Part shown: piece by piece, positions 55,916 to 64,000 of the stretch | How positions within the stretch are numbered: the stretch's first letter is position 1 | Layout of the letters: each line of letters opens with the position of its first letter | Assembly (NCBI GenBank): GCA_963575745.1 | Contig: CAUYUJ010000159.1 | Span: 124,001 to 188,000, forward strand | Length of the DNA: 64,000 nucleotides | Source of the DNA: Prorocentrum cordatum | Lineage: Eukaryota | Reading direction: 5' to 3' | Notes under the pieces: model-generated | The model's input: the letters and a program-made list of their open reading frames with translations, nothing else | Told to the model about the DNA's origin: nothing | Databases searched by the model: none | Position numbers and translations under genes: made by a program

Positions 55916-56349
55916 AAGCGTCTGGACGACGGCCCTGTTTGGCCTTAAGAGCGCTGCAAGATGCCATCGAGAGGCTTCCTCCTCCGCCCTTTTCTCTTCC
56001 TCCTCCTCCTCCTCATATTTATCTTCATCCTCCTCCGTTCCTTCTCATCCTCTTCTCCTCCTCCCCTCCCCCTCCCCATCCTCATCTTCCTCCTTCCGGC
56101 GGCGCCGAAATGGCCCCGAACCCGCGACGAAGCAGTAGTGATCATGCAATACGGGCCGGCGGAGTGAGCGAAGCGATTGAATAAACTCCAAAATTATCCC
56201 GGCAAAGCAACCTAACAGCGATGTGTAGGAGCATATCTGGAAGCATTCCCCTTAAGATTCAGATAAGAATCCTGTTGTAGAATTCTGCTGTTCTCGCAGT
56301 CGTGGTCGCATTCGCGATGGCAGTCGCAGTGGCAACAGCAGTCGCAGTC

Positions 56350-57870
56350 ACAGCCTCAGCCTCAGCCTGCCTCAGCCTCAGCCTCAGCCTCAGCCTGCCT
56401 CAGCCTCAGCCTCAGCCTGCTTCAGCCTCAACATCAGTCTGCCTTCAGCCTCGGCCTCAGCCTGCCTCAGCCTCAGCCTGCATCAGCCTCAGCCTCAGCC
56501 TCAGCCTCAGCCTCAGCCTGCCTTCAGCCTCAGCCTCAGCATCAGTCTGCCTTCAGCCTCGGCCTCAGCCTGCCTCAGCCTCAGCCTGCATCAGCCTCAG
56601 CCTCAGCCTCAGCCTGCCTCAGCATCAGCCTGCCTCAGCCTCAGCCTCAGCCTGCCTCTGCCTCAGCCTCAGCCTGCTTCAGCCTCAGCCTCAGTCTGCC
56701 GTCGGCCTCGGCCTCAGCCTCAGCCTGCCTCACCCTCAGCCTGCATCAGCCTCAGCCTCAGCCACAGCCTGCCTCAGCATCAGCCTGCCTCAGCCTCAGC
56801 CTCAGCCTCAGCCTGCCTCAGCCTCAGCCTCAGCCTGCTTCAGCCTCAGCCTGAGTTTGCCTGCAGCCTCGGCCTCAGCCTCAGCCTGCCTCAGCCTCAG
56901 CCTGCATCAGCCTCAGCCTCAGCCTCAGCCTCAGCCTCAGCATCAGCCTGCCTCAGCCTCAGCCTCAGCCTGCCTCAGCCTCAGCCTCAGCCTGCTTCAG
57001 CCTCAGCCTCAGTCTGCCTTCAGCCTCGGCCTCAGCCTCAGCCTGCCTCAGCCTCAGCCTGCATCAGCCTCAGCCTCAGCCTCAGCCTGCCTCAGCCTCA
57101 GCCTGCCTCAGCCTCAGCCTCAGCCTGCCTCAGCCTCAGCCTGCAGCCTCAGCCTCAGCCTTTCAGCCTCAGCCTCAGTCTGCCTTCAGCCTCGGCCTCA
57201 GCCTCAGCCTGCCTCAGCCTCAGCCTGCATCAGCCTCAGCCTCAGCCTCAGCCTGCCTCAGCATCAGCCTGCCTCAGCCTCAGCCTCAGCCTGCCTCAGC
57301 CTCAGCCTCAGCCTGCTTCAGCCTCAGCCTCAGTCTGCCTTCAGCCTCGGCCTCAGCCTCAGCCTGCCTCAGCCTCAGCCTGCATCAGCCTCAGCCTCAG
57401 CCTCAGCCTGCCTCAGCATCAGCCTGCCTCAGCCTCAGCCTCAGCCTGCCTCAGCCTCAGCCTGCTTCAGCCTCAGCCTCAGTCTGCCTTCAGCCTCGGC
57501 CTCAGCCTCAGCCTGCCTCAGCCTCAGCCTGCATCAGCCTCAGCCTCAGCCTCAGCCTGCCTCAGCATCAGCCTGCCTCAGCCTCAGCCTCAGCCTGCCT
57601 CAGCCTCAGCCTCAGCCTGCTTCAGCCTCAGCCTCAGTCTGCCTTCAGCCTCGGCCTCAGCCTCAGCCTGCCTCAGCCTCAGCCTGCATCAGCCTCAGCC
57701 TCAGCCTCAGCCTGCCTCAGCATCAGCCTGCCTCAGCCTCAGCCTCAGCCTGCCTCAGCCTCAGCCTCAGCCTGCTTCAGCCTCAGCCTCAGTCTGCCTT
57801 CAGCCTCGGCCTCAGCTTCAGTCTGCCTTCAGCCTCAGCCTGCCTCAGCCTCAGCATCAGCCTGCCTCAG
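56350..57870. repeat. (CAGCCT)n-derived satellite with recurring variant blocks
   Basis: 1.5 kb of cagcct/gcct units. Confidence 0.95.
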
Positions 57871-58150
57871 CATTCAAAGTGTGGCCCGGGAATGGAGTTC
57901 TGGGAACTCGAAGAACACGAAGTGGCCTACAGTTGGCTCCGGGCATTCAAAATCATGCCCAGGAATGGAGTTCTGGGAACTCGAAGACCACGAAGTGGCC
58001 TACAGTTGGCTCCGGGCATTCAAAATGTGGCCCGGGAATGGAGTTCTGGGAACTCAAGAGCACCAAGTGTGTGACTGTTGCATCCGGTTATTCAGAATGT
58101 GGCCTGGGAATGGGGTTCTGAGAGGTCGACGAGCACGAAGTGTGTGACTG
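57870..58150. repeat. Tandem repeat, 73-bp unit, ~4 copies
   Basis: gcattcaaa at 57870, 57943 and 58016; a variant at ~58089. Confidence 0.9.
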
Positions 58151-59544
58151 TTGGTGAAAAACGAGCCCGGCACAGGCCCGGCCGGCAACTCCCAACGCCT
58201 GCCCGGACCCCCCTGTGGAGTGATCTGTGAGCTCTTTTGAGTCAACTAGAAACCTATCAGTCTACGCTGTTAGGTAATATAGAAAATTGCCCCCCGAAAA
58301 AACCATCGGAAGTGATTGCACATGCGGTGTCGATTTGGCCCCATTTTGGGGCTTCGCCACGCCATGCTATGTCAGGCTACGCGCCCTCCGAATCGTGCCC
58401 CGCTGCAGCAATGGCATCATTTCCGCACTTCCGCTCGTTCCGAATCGTGCTCCCGCTGCAACGCTGGCGTCATTATTTCCAACACCATGCCACGGCATGG
58501 TTTTCGGTTCTTCCAAATGGGCCCCAATACCTGAAACAATAGCCCATCGAAAAAACCATCGGAAATGATTATGCACATTCGGCGGTGCCGGCACCCCCCC
58601 CCCTGGTGCCGGCCCCCCCCCCCGGTGCCGGCATCCCCCTGCGGTGCCGGCACCCCTGTCCCCCCCCTGACCCGCCCCCGCCCCCCCGGAAGCCGCCACC
58701 CCCCCATGGTGCTGGCACCCCCCTCCGGTGCCGGCACCCCTGTCCCCCCCCTGCAGCCGGCCCCCGCCCCCCCGGTGCCGGCACCCGACCCCCGGTGATG
58801 GCTCCCCCCAGGGTGCCGCCACCCCGCGTGCGTGCCGGCCCCCCCCCCCGGTGCCGGCACCCTGGTGCCGCACCAGGGGCCCGGTGCCAAGGACCCCCCT
58901 GGGCGTGCCAGCACCAGGGGCTCGGTGCGATACTGCCCGCGCTTAGCTCAAAGCCAACATGATCGACCCACGAACCCGGAAAGGAATATAGAAATGATAA
59001 GCATGGAAACGTTTCACGACACCCACTTGGCCGACGGGCAATTGCAATGCTCAAGGTAACGATGATGATGATGTACCGTGCCACGGGCTGTGCTGTGCCG
59101 TGCTGTGCTGAGTTGAAATGTGTCATGCCGCGTGGAACTGTGCCGCGCGCTATTGCATTGCGGATCAAGTCGTCCTTGACGTCGGAACCGTCTGACCGAA
59201 CCCTGATTTGGATATTAAGCTCGAACTGCCTGAATTCATAGCTCGGGCTCAGCAGCTCTTCAAAAGAAGATGAATACACCGAGGAGAAGGAGCTTAAGAT
59301 CCAAATCAGTTCGGGCAAGACTTCGGCCCCGAGAGGCCCCCGCGGGCTCATTGATGGCCATGAATATGGTGGCGGCGGGTGATGCGGAGAAGTCAACCAA
59401 CTCGAGCTCAATATCCGAATCAGTTCCGAGGGGGAATCAAGCCGCAAAGTATTTTTGAACAAATCGGCGCAACGAGGTCACGAACACTGCGAGAGCAATG
59501 CCAGCGATAGCGCGGCGGCTCAAGGAGCACTCCGGCTCCCGCCA

Positions 59545-59785
59545 GGTGGCCTGAACACGTGAAAACACGTGGTTCCAGCTCGGGACCACCATGTTAGATA
59601 CCCCCCTGGGTGGCCTGAACACGTGAAAACACGTGGTTCCAGCTCGGGACCACCATGTTAGATACCCCCATGTCTGGCCTGGACACGTGAAAACACGTGG
59701 TTCCAGCGCGACACCACCGTGTCAGATACCCCCCCCTGGGTGGCCTGGACACGTAAAAACACGTGGTTCCAGCTCGGGACCACGT
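59545..59785. repeat. Tandem repeat, ~62-bp unit, ~4 copies, with paired CACGTG
   Basis: ggcctgaacacgtgaaaacacgtggttccagctcgggaccacc repeated. Confidence 0.9.
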
Positions 59786-59961
59786 GCAAATTCACACTTT
59801 ACCACGTAATTTATCGCAGAATAATTCCGCCGGCCCTACTCCCGCACGTAATTTATCGCAGAATAATTTCGCCGGCCCTACAGCCGTCGAAACCGGGGGG
59901 AACCAACTGAAAGAGAACCCTGGGCTCGAGCCCTTTCCGGGAAAAAGATTTAGAGCGTCCT

Positions 59962-60435
<474 letters not shown>

Positions 60436-61394
60436 TCCCGAGCGCCCTGGATCGGCGGCACTGGCCGGTGGGCATGGCATTACCCCCCGAAAAGAATCGG
60501 AAGTGATTACACATTCGGTGTGGATTCTTTCATATTTTAGGCCGCAACAGCCCCCCCCTTCGTCGTGCCCCGGGAACCTTAACAAACGATCCAGCTGGAA
60601 GGCGCCGATCCGACTTGACGCCGTGAGGGGTCCAGGGCCCCAGTGTGAGCCGATTGTTCAAGGAAGACAGACCATGAGCCCGGCAGGCCGCAGTACTATT
60701 CCCTGACATCCGTCCTCGCCCGCCGCAGCTTCCCCCCCCCGCCGCCGCCCCCGTCGACGTCTGCGTCGTTGTCGGCGTCGGCAATTCCTGTGCGTTTCTT
60801 GGAGCTTCTGGAAGTCTTCGGGCAATCCGTCACGCATCGTGCAGAGCTGTCCGGAGAGCCCAGGGAGACTTGGAGCCCCCAAGGCAGCGTGTCGAAAAAG
60901 CAAGGAGGGGGCTTACGCTATTACAATACCCCTACCAGACGGCACTTGGCATTCGAATGCGCCCACATCGGGCAGGCTCGGTTGCGTAGGACATGGAGCC
61001 GGGATTCCGGACAGGCCTTCTCCTTTTGTACACGCGCCATTTACCTTCCAAGGCATCTGGTGCCATGCCATGGCATGCAACGCGAGGTTGCGTTGTGCTC
61101 CGCTGTGCGATGCCATACTTGGTGAAGTTACGCTTTGTGATGCAATGCTACGCTTTGCAATGCCAAACCATGCTATGACATGCTCTGCTCTGCCGCGCTC
61201 TCCTACACCATGCTATGCCGTGCTTAACCATGCATCGCAAACCCTCTCGGGATCATTGCCTTGCTCGACATCAGCCTGTGCGCATAACGAGGAGATCTGC
61301 GCCATGGCAAGGGTTGGGAGGGAGGGGTATGACGACAGCTATGACGCGAGCGCATTTCGATTGTCATCACCCCTCTCCTGACCCCCCCCCACTT

Positions 61395-62245
61395 CCCGGG
61401 AACGACCGTGCTCGCCCAGGAATCAAACAACGATCGCTCCCCACTCCTCTCGCCGTCGCTCGGACGGCCCTTCCGCGTGCATGTTGTTTCGGTGTCGTGC
61501 GTAGATCCTCGCCAGATGACCCCGAGATGCTCTCCGATGGCCCTCGCCGAGAAAAAATGCACATGTCCGAGCGATGCCAAGTCTTGTGCTGCGACGTCGG
61601 CGTGGAGAAAATCGGACTCCGCATCGAGCCGCATCGCCGATGCATCGGCGATGCAGTGCGATCCTGTGCGATCTTCCGACCCTATCTACTCGGACCCCCT
61701 CTGGGAGGCCTAGAGGGAGGGGGGCCCAGGCGTCACGAAATGAGAAAAGGGGGCCACGACATCCTGGAGACATCATGGCCCCACCATGCTTCCCCCCCCA
61801 AAAGCCCCCCCTAGTCAGCACCCACCAAAACCTCCCCAGGAACGCCCGTGCTCGCCCGGGAACCAAGCGAAAATCGCTCCCCCCTCCTCTCGCTATTGCT
61901 CGGACGGCCCTTCCCCGTGCATTGCTCGTTTTCCTGCGTAGATCCTCGCCAGATGACCCACGATGCTCCCCGATGGTCCTCGCCGAGTTCAACTGCACGC
62001 GTAGAAGCCTCCTAGATGGGGTCTGAGTAGATGGGGTCGGAGGATCGCGCTGCATCGCCGATACTTCGGGATGCATCGGCGATGCATCGGCGATGCACCG
62101 GCGCTTTGTCGTCGACGTGGGCGATGCATAAGTGACGTCGACGTGAAACAAATCGGTACATGATCATCGAGCCGCATCGGCGATGCATCGGCGATGCGGC
62201 GCGGGCGCGATCCTCCGACCCTATCTACTCCGACCCCATCAAGGA
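61395..62245. repeat. Diverged tandem duplication (~440-bp offset) rich in CATCGGCGATG motifs
   Basis: ccgtgctcgccc.ggaa at ~61406 and ~61846; gcgtagatcctcgccagatgaccc at ~61499 and ~61936. Confidence 0.75.
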
Positions 62246-63177
62246 GGCTTAGATCATCGGCAGGAGGCCGATGTCCTCCTGCCGTCGCCTTTTCCCAAGA
62301 TATGCCCTGCCAGTTCCCGCCTCGGATTTTTGTGCTCGAGCCCGCCCGGGCGCCGCGGCGCCGGGCGCAAAGGCCGCCGCTGTGCTGCTCGCGGAGGCGG
62401 AGCGCCAGGGGAGCTCCTCCCGGAGAGGCGCCTCAGGACGGCGAGAGTTGGCGGCGAGCCCGGGAGGGAAGCGGGAGGGGGCAACGACGACGACGATGAC
62501 GACGCCGTCGTCTGGACGGCGAGTCGGCGGCGAGCCCAGGGGGGAAGCAAGAAGGGGCATTCAAACGGGGGGGCGGTAAAACGGCACGCGAGTCGTCCCT
62601 GCAAGGGGACGGGCCGGCTAGCGGCCTGCGCGGGGCGGCCGTGGCCGCTTAGCCAATTGAGCGGACCTCCTGATGGCGAGTCGGCGGCGAGCCCAGGGGG
62701 AAGTGAGCCAGTCAGTCAGTCAGTCAAGCCTGGCGCCCAGACGGCGCATTGGGAGATGGGATCAAGAGTTGCGCGCGTAGGTTGCGGGGAGAAGGGCACG
62801 AGGATGGAAAGAAGGGGAGAAGGAAGAGGACGGCAAACACAATCAGAGCCAGCATTCTGGCAGAAGAGCGTAGACACTAGAAGCCCACGGCTGTTTGGGT
62901 CTCAATCCCCTCTTCTTGTGCCCCCGCCGCCTGGGCACCAAAGCAGTGGCACGCAATTCTATCTCCCCCTCGGCGGCGTGCCTGGGGAGGATTTTTGATT
63001 TGCGCGCGGGTGAGCGTCTGCCGAACACTCCTGCTCCGACGAAGAGCGAAGGGGCCCGAAGGGGACCGAAAAGGGAACGAGGGACGGACCCAGGAACCCA
63101 GACAGAGACGAGGCAGAGGGCCACGACCGACAAACAGGGGCACGAAACCTCGAGGGCCCGAAAGCACCTGCAATTCA

Positions 63178-64000
63178 AAACATGATCGACCCACGAACCC
63201 GGAAAGGAATGTAGAACTGTAACACATGGCAGCGTTTTCAAAGACACCTGATTGGGTGACGGGCAAATGCAATACTGAAGGTATCGATCTTGATGTACCC
63301 TGCCGAGGGCTGTGCTGTGCTGCGCCGTGCTGAATTGCGATGTGCCATGGCGCGACTGTGCTCTATAGCCTCGTGGATCGAGTCCCCCTTTGCATCCGAG
63401 TCCTGACCGAACTGATCTGGATCTTAAGCTCGAGCTGCCTGAACACATAGTAGCTGCCCCAGAGCTAATGGACAGGGGAACGTGCCAGGAGGACGCGCCG
63501 CGAAACGTCCCAAGGGATGCGCCAGGCGACGTGCCAGGGGACGTGCCATGGGGTCGCACCGCGGGACGTGCCAAGGGGACGCGCTACGGAACGTGCCAAT
63601 GGATGTGCCACGGGATGTGCCAGGGGACGCGCGACGCGACGTGCCAGGGGGACTCGCCAAAGGACGCCCCACGGAACGTGCCAAGGAACGTGCCAAGTTG
63701 CAATGCTGAGTGCATCGACCTTGATGTACCGTGCCGAAATCAGTGCTGTGCTGCGCCGTGCTGAATTGCGATGTGCCATGGCGCGATTGTGCTCTATAGC
63801 CTCGTGGATCGAGTCCTCCTTTTGCATCCGAGTCCTGACCGAACTGATTTGGATCTTAAGCTCGAGCTACCTGAACACATAGAGTAGCTGCCCCAGAGCT
63901 AATGGACAAGGGAACATGCCAGGAGGACGCGACGCATAACGTCTCAAGGGACGCGCCAAGCGACGTGCCAAGGGACGCGCCATGGGGACGCACCGCGGGA
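63178..64000. repeat. Dispersed/tandem repeat family (~430-bp unit with ACGTGCCAGGGG subrepeats); a related copy lies at ~58957-59240
   Basis: catgatcgacccacgaacccggaaaggaat at ~58958 and 63181; ttgatgtacc...gctgtgctg at ~63290 and 63721. Confidence 0.8.

Noticed and set aside
56302..58074. 590-aa ORF
   Set aside because: It is the translation of a stop-free (CAGCCT)n satellite.

Overview
Eukaryotic, GC-rich, repeat-saturated DNA, almost certainly dinoflagellate: it carries the dinoflagellate spliced leader (DCCGTAGCCATTTTGGCTCAAG) and has GC-AG/GA-AG introns with AG|G acceptors. I see no conventional host gene. The main structure is a 15,582-bp DNA transposon (5216-20797) with 32-bp terminal inverted repeats, CCC termini and a 2-bp AG duplication. 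It is inserted into the coding region of a LINE, and removing it restores the LINE frame locally. The element carries four co-directional, intron-containing minus-strand genes: two unknown proteins, a ~699-aa CACTA/EnSpm-like transposase and, 20 nt downstream, a C5-cytosine-methyltransferase-like gene. A CTCACCG/CGGTGAG hairpin recurs inside it. Two different LINEs (1-1753 and ~43870-48771) begin exactly with a spliced leader, and a third, degenerate leader lies at 41698-41719. The rest is decayed LINEs, microsatellites, minisatellites and dispersed repeats. Family assignments come from motifs read by eye, not from database searches.
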